From an uncultured Clostridia bacterium (GTDB lineage Bacteria; Bacillota; Clostridia; Christensenellales; UBA1242), in the NCBI GenBank assembly GCA_947588355.1, contig CANPYI010000001.1, positions 13,771 to 77,770 of the forward strand: a DNA stretch of 64,000 nt, in the 5' to 3' direction. This document shows positions 34,870 to 44,847 of the stretch, one piece after another; the stretch's first letter is position 1; every line of letters starts with the position of its first letter. The notes below the pieces were generated by a model. The model was not told the origin of the DNA and searched no databases. It saw only the letters and a list, made by a program, of their open reading frames with translations. A program made the translations under genes and the position numbers.

Positions 34870-37278
34870 ATGAAAGTTTCATACAATTGGCTTTGTGATT
34901 TTGTCGATTTGAAAAATATCTCTCCAAAGGAAATAGCAGAAAAATTGACTGTTTCAGGTTTTGAGGTTGAAGATGTTTTGTATATGAACGAGCATCTTCA
35001 TGATGTTTTTGTTGGTCATATTGACAAAATTGAAAAACATCCGCAGGCGGATAGGCTTGTTGTTTGTCAAGTTGATGTTGGATTTAAGAAAGTGCAAATT
35101 GTCACTTCTGCCACAAACGTTTTTGAGGGTGCAAATGTGCCGGTTTCTCTTGATGGCGCCGACCTTTGCAACGGTGTGAAAATAAAACCTTCAAACTTTC
35201 GTGGTGTGGAAAGTGATGGAATGTTTTGCTCTGGCGAAGAACTTGGAATTGATGACAACTACTTTGACGGTGCAGGGGTGAACGGGATTCTTATTTTGCC
35301 GAACGAATTTAAGCCTGGCACAAAAATTGAAGATGCTTTGATGCTTAACGATGTTGCTTTTGATATAAATGTCACTCCAAATCGTTCGGATTGCAACAGT
35401 GTGATTGGCATTGCACACGAGATTTGTGCTATGTTTGGCAAAAAATTTAAGGATTTTGATGTTTCCTATTCCACTGTTTCTGGAGATGTCAACGATTTTG
35501 TCAAAGTTTCGGTGGAAACTGAAAATTGCCCTAGATACATGGCGTCTTATGTAAAAAATATCAAACTTTCGCGTTCTCCTTTATGGCTTCGAAGTCGTCT
35601 TTTTGCTGTCGGCATCAAGCCAATAAACACCATGGTTGACATAACAAATTATATTTTGGTTGAGCAAGGACAACCTATGCACGCATTTGACTACAAATAT
35701 CTTGACGGCAAAAAAATCAACGTCAGACAAGCCAAAGAGGGAGAAAAAATATCTGTGCTTAACGGAAATACTTACAATCTTGACAAAGACGTTATGGTTA
35801 TTGCTGATCAAAACAAACCGGTTGTTATTGCAGGTGTGATCGGTGGGGTGAACTCTTGCATAAACCAAAACACAACTGAAAGTGTTTTTGAATGTGCAGT
35901 GTTTGACCTTAAGAGTGTCAGACTGACAGCCAAAAAATTTGGTCTTCGAACAGACAGTTCTGCAAGATACGAAAAAGGTGTCAACATAAATAGTCCAACA
36001 CTTGCCATGAGGCGCGCACTTCATCTTGTTGATAAACTTGGCTGTGGCCAAATTGTTGGCGGAATTATTGATATTTGCTCCGAAAAAATTGGAATTAAGC
36101 AAAAATTAACTCTTTCGTACAGCAAAATTATCAAAATACTTGGCGTGGATATTCCAAAAGAAAAAGTTGTTGAAATTTTGTCAGGTCTTGGCGTTGAAAC
36201 GTCTGTTTCTGGCGACACATTGACATGTGTGCCTCCACTTTTGAGAGAAGATTTGCAAAACGAAAACGACATTGCAGAAGAAGTTATTCGTATTTATGGA
36301 TATGATGTTTACAACGATTTGGACGGGGGTTTGTTTGAAAATTCTTCTATCACCATCGGTCAGTTTGAGCCTCGTCTTTCCATGGAAAACAATCTTAAAA
36401 ACATTTTGGTTGACAAAGGCTTTTATGAGACGCTTAATTATTCTTTGTACACTGCCTCTGCTTGTGACAAACTTTTGCTTTCCAAAGATGACGAGCGCCG
36501 AAAAGTGATTACTATTGCAAATCCTATCAGTGAGGATATGTCAACAGTCAGAACTGTTATGGCTCATGCACTTTTGCTTGATATATCTTCCAATTTGTCA
36601 GTCGGAAACAAAGATATGAGATTTTTTGAGGTTGGCAGAGTTTATCAGCCAAAATCTTTGCCTCTTACAGAACTTCCAACAGAAAACAACAGATTATCAT
36701 TTGCTGTGTGCGAAAAGGATTATGACTTTTTCCAGATGAAAGGATTGGTTGAAGACTTGCTTGTTGGCTTTCAAATATCCTACACTCTCAAACGTAGCGA
36801 ACAACCATTTTTGCACAGCGGGGTCAGTGCGGACCTTGTGGCAAATGATGGACGCGTGATTGGTTGGTTTGGCAAGGTGCATAAAAGTGTGTTGAAAAAT
36901 TATGATATATCACAAGATGTTTATTATGGCGAACTTGACACCGACTTTTTGGCAAGTCTTCCTGAAAAGAAGTACGAAACAAAGGAAATTTCAAAATTTC
37001 CACCAGTTGAACGTGATCTTGCCATTGTTGTGGATGAAAATGTCACAAATGAAGAACTTGTGCAAGCCATAAAATCTGCTTGCGGAAAAACTTGCTTTGA
37101 TGTGCAACTGTTTGATATCTATAGAAACAATACTCTTGGCGAGGGCAAAAAAAGTATGGCATATAAGATTGTTTTGTCAAGCGACGACAAAACTTTGACG
37201 GGTGATGAAATCGCAAATATTATGAAAAGAGTTTTGAAAGGTTTGCAGTTCCGCTTTGGTGCAAAACTTCGTGATTGA
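34870..37278 (+). CDS. pheT: Phenylalanine--tRNA ligase beta subunit
   Basis: 802 aa. MKVSYNWL N terminus, tRNA-binding domain (HPQADRLVVCQVD), B3/4, B5 and FDX-ACB domains. Confidence 0.9.
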   Translation: MKVSYNWLCDFVDLKNISPKEIAEKLTVSGFEVEDVLYMNEHLHDVFVGHIDKIEKHPQADRLVVCQVDVGFKKVQIVTSATNVFEGANVPVSLDGADLCNGVKIKPSNFRGVESDGMFCSGEELGIDDNYFDGAGVNGILILPNEFKPGTKIEDALMLNDVAFDINVTPNRSDCNSVIGIAHEICAMFGKKFKDFDVSYSTVSGDVNDFVKVSVETENCPRYMASYVKNIKLSRSPLWLRSRLFAVGIKPINTMVDITNYILVEQGQPMHAFDYKYLDGKKINVRQAKEGEKISVLNGNTYNLDKDVMVIADQNKPVVIAGVIGGVNSCINQNTTESVFECAVFDLKSVRLTAKKFGLRTDSSARYEKGVNINSPTLAMRRALHLVDKLGCGQIVGGIIDICSEKIGIKQKLTLSYSKIIKILGVDIPKEKVVEILSGLGVETSVSGDTLTCVPPLLREDLQNENDIAEEVIRIYGYDVYNDLDGGLFENSSITIGQFEPRLSMENNLKNILVDKGFYETLNYSLYTASACDKLLLSKDDERRKVITIANPISEDMSTVRTVMAHALLLDISSNLSVGNKDMRFFEVGRVYQPKSLPLTELPTENNRLSFAVCEKDYDFFQMKGLVEDLLVGFQISYTLKRSEQPFLHSGVSADLVANDGRVIGWFGKVHKSVLKNYDISQDVYYGELDTDFLASLPEKKYETKEISKFPPVERDLAIVVDENVTNEELVQAIKSACGKTCFDVQLFDIYRNNTLGEGKKSMAYKIVLSSDDKTLTGDEIANIMKRVLKGLQFRFGAKLRD

Positions 37279-37296
37279 CAAAAGTTGAGGTTGTAG

Positions 37297-38460
37297 ATGA
37301 TTTATCTTGACAATGCAAGTACGACAAAAATGTTTGAAGAATGCTTGGAAGTGTGCAAGGAATTTTCTTGCAATCGTTTTTTCAATCCTTCGGCACTTTC
37401 GTCGGGTGCGTTGGAGGTTTCACGCCTTTTGGCCAAAGCGGAAAACTATATCTTAAGTCGTTTGGGGGCAAAGGAAGGAAATATCCTCTTCACCGGCTGT
37501 GCAACCGAAAGCAACAATCTTGCGATACGCGGAAGTTTACGAACGGGAGATTGGGAGTATGTTTTTTCTGTTGGTGAACATCCGTCTGTCTTTAATCTTG
37601 CAAAAAAACTTCAACTTGAGGGTTTTAAAGTGCATTTTATTCCGCTTTTGAAAAATGGGCAAGTTGACTATGAAAAATTGCAAGAGGTTTTGAATGAACG
37701 CACAAGGCTTGTAAGTGTTATGCATGTCAGCAATGAAACAGGCGCTGTGAACGACCTACAAAAAATTTCGACATTAAAAAAAGCAAAATGTCCAAAAGCA
37801 ATCTTGCATGTTGATGGTGTGCAAGGATTTATGAAGATACCTTTTTCACTTCGTGACACGCAAGTTGATCTGTATTCTTTCAGCGGCCATAAGTTCCATG
37901 GTCCTAAGGGTGTTGGCGGTCTTTATGTCAAAAACAAGGCAGGGCTCAAGAATTTATTTGAAGGCGGCGGACAACAGTACGGTTTGCGTTCCGGCACTGA
38001 AAATGTTTCCGCAATCATGCAAATGTGCAAGGCAATACAACTTATTGATGAAAAGTCAAACTATCAAAAGACGTTGCACATAAAGGACTTTTTCAATCAA
38101 CAACTTGTGTCGAGCGGCTGTGCAAGGTTTGGCGATGTTGATGCTTTAAGCGACGACAAAATGATTGTCATAAATGATTTTCACGGCTCGCCTTACATAG
38201 AAAATCTTGTTTTTCAGGGTGTTAAGGGCGAGACGATTTTACATGCATTAGATGAAAAGGGTATAATTGTCGGGCTTGGCAGCGCTTGCTCTTCGAAAAA
38301 AGCCGGCAACAGAGTGCTTCAGGAAATTGGATTTGAGAAAGAAAATATCATTTCGAGCGTGCGCATAAGTTTTAATGCTTATCTTTCAGACGATGAGTTG
38401 AAAATAGCGGCGAAAGTGATTGCTGAAGTTTTTGAGAATATTAAAGAAAGGGTTTTGTAA
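37297..38460 (+). CDS. Cysteine desulfurase (IscS/NifZ-type, ThiI partner)
   Basis: IYLDNASTT, PLP lysine in SFSGHKFHGPKGVGGLYV, active-site GSACSS. Overlaps the thiI start. Confidence 0.85.
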   Translation: MIYLDNASTTKMFEECLEVCKEFSCNRFFNPSALSSGALEVSRLLAKAENYILSRLGAKEGNILFTGCATESNNLAIRGSLRTGDWEYVFSVGEHPSVFNLAKKLQLEGFKVHFIPLLKNGQVDYEKLQEVLNERTRLVSVMHVSNETGAVNDLQKISTLKKAKCPKAILHVDGVQGFMKIPFSLRDTQVDLYSFSGHKFHGPKGVGGLYVKNKAGLKNLFEGGGQQYGLRSGTENVSAIMQMCKAIQLIDEKSNYQKTLHIKDFFNQQLVSSGCARFGDVDALSDDKMIVINDFHGSPYIENLVFQGVKGETILHALDEKGIIVGLGSACSSKKAGNRVLQEIGFEKENIISSVRISFNAYLSDDELKIAAKVIAEVFENIKERVL

Positions 38461-39626
38461 TGAAAAGAAAAGTTTTGCTTTTAAAGTTTGGAGAGTTGTT
38501 TTTAAAGGGTCGCAATCGACATGATTTTATCAATCTTCTTAAAAGCAATATTTTGAACAAACTTAAGGACCTTTCTTGCAAGTTGCAGGAGACTCAAGGC
38601 AGGCTTGTGCTGACTGATTATGACCAAAGCCAAGAATCTGTTATAATCGAAAAACTTCAAACCGTTTTTGGGTTAATCGGAGTTGCAGACGCTGTTGAAA
38701 TCGACACGTCTCTTGAAGAGATTAAGTCCGAATTATTGAATATTGACTTGTTTGGTGTAACGTCGTTTAAGATAGAATCTAAACGTGCCGACAAAACTTT
38801 TCCACTCACATCTATGGAACTTGACAAGTTGCTTGGTGGTGTTGTTTTGGACAAAGAGCCAAATCTTAAGGTGGATTTGTACAATCCGCAACTAAAAATT
38901 TTTGTTGAGGTGCGTACAAACGGCAAAACCTATATTTACAAAAATTTACATGCCTGTGCAGGTGGGCTTCCGCTTTCAAGCGGCGGCAAAGGATTGCTGC
39001 TGCTTTCTGGAGGGATTGACAGTCCTGTTGCAGGATATTTGATGGCAAAACGCGGGCTTGAAATTGAAGCGATTCATTTTCATTCTTATCCTTACACAAG
39101 TTTGCAGGCAAAGGAAAAAGTGATAAATCTTGCCAAGGAAATATCCACATATTGCGGCAAAATAAGGCTGCATATTGTGTCTTTCACTGAAATTCAAGAG
39201 CAAATTCACAAAAATTGTGATGCCGAGTATATGATCACAATAATGCGAAGAATTATGATGCGAATCGCACAGAAAATTGCCATAAAAAACAATTTGGGTG
39301 CAATCATCACCGGTGAGAGTTTGGGACAGGTTGCAAGTCAAACAATGCAAAGCATAAACGTGACGAATTCAGTTGTTGATTTGCCGGTGTTTAGGCCTGT
39401 AATAGCGTTTGATAAGGAACAAATCATGGATTTGGCAAGAAAGATTGGCACATATGAAACATCAATTTTGCCTTACGAAGATTGTTGTACGGTGTTTTTG
39501 CCAAAAAATCCTGTCATAAAGCCAACAATCAAACGGGCGGAACTTTTGGAGAAGAATTTGGATATTGAGTCGCTTGTGAATGAGGCGGTTGCAAATGAAG
39601 AAATCATGGAGATAAACCAATATTAA
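38460..39626 (+). CDS. thiI: tRNA 4-thiouridine synthase / sulfur carrier protein ThiS adenylyltransferase-type ThiI
   Basis: LKFGELFLKGRNR, THUMP region, PP-loop LLLSGGIDSPVA. Confidence 0.9.
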   Translation: MKRKVLLLKFGELFLKGRNRHDFINLLKSNILNKLKDLSCKLQETQGRLVLTDYDQSQESVIIEKLQTVFGLIGVADAVEIDTSLEEIKSELLNIDLFGVTSFKIESKRADKTFPLTSMELDKLLGGVVLDKEPNLKVDLYNPQLKIFVEVRTNGKTYIYKNLHACAGGLPLSSGGKGLLLLSGGIDSPVAGYLMAKRGLEIEAIHFHSYPYTSLQAKEKVINLAKEISTYCGKIRLHIVSFTEIQEQIHKNCDAEYMITIMRRIMMRIAQKIAIKNNLGAIITGESLGQVASQTMQSINVTNSVVDLPVFRPVIAFDKEQIMDLARKIGTYETSILPYEDCCTVFLPKNPVIKPTIKRAELLEKNLDIESLVNEAVANEEIMEINQY

Positions 39627-39653
39627 AAAAACTACGTTTCGGTAGTTTTTTTT
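39625..39653 (+). terminator. Rho-independent terminator after thiI
   Basis: AAAAAACTAC-gtttcg-GTAGTTTTTTTT. Confidence 0.6.
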
Positions 39654-39925
39654 AATTTGTCTGTCTAAGAAATTGAACACTGAAATAGGTCCAGTCTTTT
39701 GGACTCTTTTTTTGTTGCTTTAAAATTGTTGGGCGGGGTGGCAAAAAAAATGACATAAATTGTTGATAGGTCCTAAATAGGTGTGATAAATTTGTTGATG
39801 CAGGGGCAGATTGTTTGTGTTTGTTTGAAAATGTATAAAGGTTTATATTTATAAATTCAGTTTTTATAAATTTTCACAAAGCCGAATTTTCATAAAAAAA
39901 TTGTGAATAAATATACAAAAATCCC

Positions 39926-39954
39926 TTGCATTTTTATAAATTTTGTTGTATAAT
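39926..39954 (+). promoter_or_regulatory. argR promoter
   Basis: TTGCAT, 17 nt spacer, TATAAT. Confidence 0.6.
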
Positions 39955-39965
39955 TATCAAAATTA

Positions 39966-39995
39966 CATGAATATTCATGAATTCATATTTATGCA
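39966..39995 (+). promoter_or_regulatory. Tandem ARG boxes (ArgR autoregulation)
   Basis: CATGAATATTCATGAATTCATATTTATGCA matches the TGAAT-A/T-ATTCA ARG-box pattern, just downstream of the -10. A further box-like GTGAATAAATATACAAAA is at 39903-39920. Confidence 0.6.
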
Positions 39996-40049
39996 AAAAT
40001 CGCTACATCGCAGTAATTTAGGCACATGTAGGCTTCAAGGAGTATGCAA

Positions 40050-40505
40050 ATGGCAAGGAGTTCAAGACAATCAAAAATTTTGGAACTTATCTCAACCAAA
40101 GAGATTGAAACTCAGGAAGAATTGGCACGAGAACTGAAAAATGCCAACTTTGAAATCACTCAAGCAACCATTTCAAGAGATATAAAAGAGTTGGGCTTGA
40201 CAAAGATTTTGTGTCCAAGCGGAAAATACAAGTACGCCATTTTGGGCAACGACCAACAACAAGTTGTCTCAAACAAGTACATAGGTATTTTTCGTGAATG
40301 CGTGATTTCTGTCAAACCTGCACTCAACTTGGCTGTTGTCCGAACTATCAAAGGCATGGCTCCGGGAGTTTGCTCTTTTATTGACAAACTTAATTTGACC
40401 GAACTTTTGGGTGCAACTTATGGAGATGACACCGTTTTACTTATTTTTCCAACCACAACTTGTGCTTCCGATGCCGTTGCAACCTTAAGTCAGATGATGA
40501 ACTAA
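40050..40505 (+). CDS. argR: Arginine repressor
   Basis: SRQSKILELISTKEIETQEELARELKNANFEITQATISRDIKELGL winged helix. C-terminal GDDTVLLI. ATG 40050 lies 7 nt after AAGGAG. Confidence 0.9.
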   Translation: MARSSRQSKILELISTKEIETQEELARELKNANFEITQATISRDIKELGLTKILCPSGKYKYAILGNDQQQVVSNKYIGIFRECVISVKPALNLAVVRTIKGMAPGVCSFIDKLNLTELLGATYGDDTVLLIFPTTTCASDAVATLSQMMN

Positions 40506-40512
40506 AAAATAG

Positions 40513-40545
40513 GCAAGACAATTTTTTAAGTCTTGCTTTTTTTTT
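40513..40545 (+). terminator. Rho-independent terminator after argR
   Basis: GCAAGAC-10 nt-GTCTTGC followed by a T9 run. Confidence 0.7.
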
Positions 40546-40594
40546 GTTGCTTTCAATTTAAAAGCGATGTATAATAAGTCCAAGTGAGGATTTG

Positions 40595-42253
40595 ATGCTT
40601 TCTTCTTTAACATTAAACAATTTTGCTCTTTTTAAAAAACAAACTGTCGAGTTTTCAAAAGGCTTCAATTGTCTTTTGGGACAGTCTGGTGCCGGCAAAA
40701 GCATTTTGATTGATGCTTTTTCTTTTGTTTTGGGTGCGAAGTCCGACAAAAGTTTTTTAAGGTCCGGCGAAAACACGATGCGTGTTGATGGCGTTTTTAA
40801 TCAGATTTCAGATGAATGCAAACAAATCCTATCCGATTGGGACATCGAATGTGACGACGAAATAATTATCTCACGCACTCTCAGTCAAGATGGCAAAAAT
40901 GCGATAAAAGTTAATGGGGTGCCTGTGACATTGAAGATGCTTGTTTCACTTACAAGCAAAATGGCAGATTTTTGTGGCCAGCACGAAAGTGTTGGGCTTT
41001 TGAATGTTGCAAATCATCTTTCACTTTTGGACAAGTATGCCGGCGAGGAAGTTGAAATTGAAAAAGAAGTTGTTTCTCAACTTTTTGGTGGTGCAAAAGA
41101 GGTTAAGTCCAAAATTTCTTCACTTGGGGGCAGTGAAAGTGAGCGTGCTCGTGAAAAAGACCTCTTGTCATTTCAAGTGAATGAGATAGAAAATGCTCAT
41201 CTGGATGTTTCAGAAGTTGAAACTTTGAAACAGAGGTTTGATTTTATCTCTTCTTCTGAAAAGATTTTTGAAAAATTGAGTGAAGTTTTGCAGAAAATTT
41301 CTGAAAATCGTGACAGTGTGACATCTTTGTTGTATGATGCAAAGTCAGAATTGTCGGGCTTTTCAAACTTTAAAGAGATTGACGAATGTCGTGAAAGAAT
41401 AGAAAACAGTTACTATGAAATGCAAGATGTTGCAGAAAATTTGCAAGCAATAAAGCAAAGCACGGATTTTGACCCAAATGAGTTGGACAGAATCGACAGA
41501 CGACTTGATTTGATCAAAAGTTTGTCAAAGAAATATGGCGGCACTGTGGAGCAAATATTGGACTATCAAGAAAAATGTCAACAGCGTCTTGAACAGTTGG
41601 AACAAAGCGAGCAAATTTTGGACAAATTGCAGGCAGAATTGCAACAGATAGAAACTCAACTTGATTTTGAGTGCCAGAAGTTGTCAAACATGCGAAAAAA
41701 ATACGCAAGCCAGTTTGAAAAAGAAATCACAAATCAACTTGAAGATCTTGAAATGCATGGCACAATTTTCAAGATACAGTTTGAAAGGTGCGATCATAGT
41801 AGCAAGGGCTGTGACAATGTGAAATTTATGTTTTCTGCCAATCAGGGTCAGAATGTTGTTGATTTACATAAAACCGCTTCTGGCGGAGAACTTTCAAGGT
41901 TGCTTCTTGCATTTAAAAATATCATGCTTGACAAGGAAAAGGTTCAGACTGTTGTTTTTGACGAAATTGACAGTGGAATAAGCGGTGTGACAGCAGGAAA
42001 AGTTGCAGAAAAATTGGTCAATATATCAAAATTTACTCAAATTATTTGCATCACTCACACGCCGGTTGTTGCTTCAAAGGGCGATGAATTTATTTTGGTC
42101 GAAAAAGCGGTTACAGACGGTCAAACGATCTCAACTGCAGCCAATTTGTCCTCAAATCAAGCAGTTTATGAGGTTGCCCGACTTATTGACGAAAGCAAAG
42201 AGGTTTCCGAAACGGCTTTGTTGCACGCAAGCAAGTTGTTTGGCAAAAAATGA
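40595..42253 (+). CDS. recN: DNA repair protein RecN
   Basis: LTLNNFALF..., Walker A GQSGAGKSILIDA, long coiled coil, signature ASGGELSRLLLA, Walker B VVFDEIDSGISG. Conserved argR-recN pairing. Confidence 0.9.
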   Translation: MLSSLTLNNFALFKKQTVEFSKGFNCLLGQSGAGKSILIDAFSFVLGAKSDKSFLRSGENTMRVDGVFNQISDECKQILSDWDIECDDEIIISRTLSQDGKNAIKVNGVPVTLKMLVSLTSKMADFCGQHESVGLLNVANHLSLLDKYAGEEVEIEKEVVSQLFGGAKEVKSKISSLGGSESERAREKDLLSFQVNEIENAHLDVSEVETLKQRFDFISSSEKIFEKLSEVLQKISENRDSVTSLLYDAKSELSGFSNFKEIDECRERIENSYYEMQDVAENLQAIKQSTDFDPNELDRIDRRLDLIKSLSKKYGGTVEQILDYQEKCQQRLEQLEQSEQILDKLQAELQQIETQLDFECQKLSNMRKKYASQFEKEITNQLEDLEMHGTIFKIQFERCDHSSKGCDNVKFMFSANQGQNVVDLHKTASGGELSRLLLAFKNIMLDKEKVQTVVFDEIDSGISGVTAGKVAEKLVNISKFTQIICITHTPVVASKGDEFILVEKAVTDGQTISTAANLSSNQAVYEVARLIDESKEVSETALLHASKLFGKK

Positions 42254-42303
42254 CATTCTAAACAAACTTAACTAATCATAGGATAATGTAAGAGGTTTGT
42301 CCT

Positions 42304-42909
42304 ATGATAGATTTTTTTGCAGATAATTTTGCCAACTGTGTGGCTTTGGCAGTCCTTCTTGTGGCAATGATACCAACTTTGGAAAGCAAAATCGCCATTC
42401 CGTTTGGCATGTCAATGGCAATTTGGGGTGAACAAGTCCTGTCGCCACTTGCTGCCTTTTTTGTCTCGTTTGCTGGTTGCATGATTCCATCAATTTTTGT
42501 GATATTGTTTGCAAGATTTGTCAAAAGTAAAACAAGCGGTTTTATTCAAGAAAAATTTATGACAAGATACAAATCTGGGGTGGAGAAGGCAAACTCCAAA
42601 GCAAGTGTTTTCGGAAAATGCGCTTGGGTGACACTTTTTGTGGCGATACCACTGCCGCTTACAGGAACATATTCTGGAAGTTTTATTGCTGGACTTTTGA
42701 ATATAAAAATTTGGCAAGCATTTCTTGCGGTTGCCGTTGGTGCAGCAATCTCTTGTGGCATTGTGCTTGCACTTTGTCTGCTGTTTGTAAACTCCACTTT
42801 TTATATTTTTATAGTTTCTCTTGTTCTTGTTGCTGTTTGGCTTGTTGTAAGTTTTGTTCTTTGGCTTTGCAAACGTATCAAAGCAAACAAGCAAGCAAAT
42901 TTGTTGTAA
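42304..42909 (+). CDS. Small multidrug-export-like membrane protein (COG2426-like)
   Basis: Five TM segments. LESKIAIPFGM N-terminal motif and LPLTGTYSGS motif. Confidence 0.5.
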   Translation: MIDFFADNFANCVALAVLLVAMIPTLESKIAIPFGMSMAIWGEQVLSPLAAFFVSFAGCMIPSIFVILFARFVKSKTSGFIQEKFMTRYKSGVEKANSKASVFGKCAWVTLFVAIPLPLTGTYSGSFIAGLLNIKIWQAFLAVAVGAAISCGIVLALCLLFVNSTFYIFIVSLVLVAVWLVVSFVLWLCKRIKANKQANLL

Positions 42910-42915
42910 AAAAAA

Positions 42916-42957
42916 GAAAAGAGATACAATTTGTTTTTCAAAAACTTATCTCTTTTC
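42916..42957. terminator. Bidirectional terminator between convergent genes
   Basis: GAAAAGAGATA-20 nt-TATCTCTTTTC, with an A8 run upstream and GTTTTT downstream. Confidence 0.6.
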
Positions 42958-43060
42958 GTTTTTAAGTTAAGTGGTCTGCCGTGATGGCAACTGCTTAACT
43001 TACTACTAATTTGTGTTGAAATTTGAATAATATTCACAAAATTTAATTTTTTTTAATTAC

Positions 43061-44701
43061 TTATTTTGCATAGCGTTTAAACAGAAACTTTTTGATGTAG
43101 TAGTTCACCGGAAAGGCGAGCAGCACGGCGTACACAGGAACAAGAATTGATGAAAGAAAACTTTTGATTATTTCGTACTGCATTCCACAACAAATGTTTA
43201 TCACAACAATCACAACTGTTGACAAAACGAAGACAGCCCAGTTTACTACTGCATTGTACATAAGTGAGGCTTTTTTGCTGACAAAAAGTTTGTGTCGTGC
43301 ATATGCCACAATTGTGTACAGCAAAAACAACAGTGGCACAGTGTAGAAAACAAAATTTGTGTTGGTGTTCAGCACTTTTGCCCATGCCAAAATTCCGCAC
43401 AGCACAGCACTGCCAACTCCGGCGAGTAACAAAAGCACCACAGAACTGATAAACACAAGGAAATTGGTGTTATGCACACGTTCCACGCCGGTTTTTTTGT
43501 ATTCTTTAAATTCGATTCCATGACCTTGATAATATTGTTTCAAAGTTGGATAGTCAACAAAACTTTGTGTGTCGCTGTAGTTGGTGCTTTCAACAATTTG
43601 AGTTTGCTTTGGTGCAGGTGCAACTTTCTGTTTTTCTTTTTTATGCTCAAAAATCTTTGACATCATATCCTTGTAAGTTGGCTCAAGGTTTGTGTCGCGT
43701 TTTGGAGCAGGAAGATTTTCAGCGGTAACGCTTATTTCGATATTAGGCGGGGTGATTTTGCGTTGAACAGGAATTTCGTTTTCTTGATATCTTGAAGTGA
43801 TAAATACGGCGTCATCAACCGGCGCACTTTCTTGCGTTTCTTCTTTTGCAACTTCCTCAATTTTGTTGAAGTTTTGTTGCTTGATCTGATTTGTGTCTTC
43901 TTGATAGTAATTTTGTCTGGCGTCAAGCATAGACTTTTTGAGTTGCTCTATGCGTTCCTTTTGAATCTCACGATCTTCGTCATTTTCGTATTCGACCGCC
44001 ATTTCAATCTGATTTTCTGCAAAACTCTTGCGTTTGCGGTATTTTTTTAAATCATTTGATGTGTCATACAAACGCTTGTTTTGTTCTTCTTGAGCGGCAG
44101 TCAAACGGTCTGTTTCGCTCAACAACACTGCATCATCAGATTTTTCTGAGGCAGGTTGTTGTTCCAGAATAGACTGATAATATTCCATTTTTTCGTTTTC
44201 AACCGGCTGTGTTTCAGTTTCCTCTTGCAAAGGCATGGAAAAGATATCCAACTGATTTTCTGCAACGTCATTTTCTTTTTGAGAAGTATCTTCGGTCTTT
44301 TGAAGCTTTGGCTCTTCCACAAGGTTGAACAAACTGTCTTGCCAACCCACAACTGCGCTTTCAGTTTTTTCCTCCTCTTTTGATGGAGAGGTTTCTGTCT
44401 CCAAATCATCAAAGGTGGCATCTTTAAATTCAGTCTCCAATGTTTCCAACTCTTTTCGGCCTTGATTGGTAATGGTGTAGTAGTGACGTTTTCCACCTAA
44501 ATCACTTGTTTCCCAATAAGATGAGGAGACAAGCCCTTTCTTCTCCATTCGGGTGAGTGCCGAATAAAGAGTAGGCTTTTTTAAGATGTAATTTCCGCCT
44601 GTACGGGTGGAGATATGCTCTATGATTTCCAAACCATACTTTGAGCCGCTTGAAAGACTGTCCAAAATCAGATAAGAGACTATATTTGTGCTGTTTGCCA
44701 T
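43061..44701 (-). CDS. PadR-family winged-helix regulator fused to a long acidic linker and a 4-TM membrane domain
   Basis: N terminus YLILDSLSSGSKYGLEIIEHIS...LKKPTLYSALTRMEKKGLV...KRHYYTITNQGRKEL is PadR-like. An E/Q/K-rich linker of about 300 aa follows. Four C-terminal hydrophobic helices. Confidence 0.65.
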   Translation of the reverse strand: MANSTNIVSYLILDSLSSGSKYGLEIIEHISTRTGGNYILKKPTLYSALTRMEKKGLVSSSYWETSDLGGKRHYYTITNQGRKELETLETEFKDATFDDLETETSPSKEEEKTESAVVGWQDSLFNLVEEPKLQKTEDTSQKENDVAENQLDIFSMPLQEETETQPVENEKMEYYQSILEQQPASEKSDDAVLLSETDRLTAAQEEQNKRLYDTSNDLKKYRKRKSFAENQIEMAVEYENDEDREIQKERIEQLKKSMLDARQNYYQEDTNQIKQQNFNKIEEVAKEETQESAPVDDAVFITSRYQENEIPVQRKITPPNIEISVTAENLPAPKRDTNLEPTYKDMMSKIFEHKKEKQKVAPAPKQTQIVESTNYSDTQSFVDYPTLKQYYQGHGIEFKEYKKTGVERVHNTNFLVFISSVVLLLLAGVGSAVLCGILAWAKVLNTNTNFVFYTVPLLFLLYTIVAYARHKLFVSKKASLMYNAVVNWAVFVLSTVVIVVINICCGMQYEIIKSFLSSILVPVYAVLLAFPVNYYIKKFLFKRYAK

Positions 44702-44762
44702 ACAAAACTCCTATATTCTGAAAATATTTTATATAACAAAAAAAGATTTGTCAAACAAAATG

Positions 44763-44847
44763 AAGTATTATGCAAAAAAATTGCATAATACACCAATTTT
44801 TGTGGTGATACGCACGCAAAATACACTATATATTGTGGTGTTATGCA
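44763..44847. repeat. Palindromic intergenic repeat, locus D (five units)
   Basis: AAGTATTATGCAAAAAAATTGCATAATACACCAATTTTTGTGGTGATACGCACGCAAAATACACTATATATTGTGGTGTTATGCA. Lies in the divergent spacer between the PadR-like gene and the DUF45 gene. Confidence 0.85.

Noticed and set aside
39943-40137. 64-aa ORF overlapping the argR leader and 5' end
   Set aside because: It starts inside the promoter and ARG-box region, is out of frame with the clearly recognisable ArgR protein, and has no RBS.
42964-43001. Compound hairpin AAGTTAAG-22 nt-CTTAACTT with a GC-rich inner stem (TGCC/GGCA), considered as a tRNA fragment, att site or sRNA
   Set aside because: It has no T-loop or anticodon-arm features and no second copy in the window. 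It sits in a convergent 3' spacer next to a strong bidirectional terminator, so it is most simply an auxiliary terminator structure.
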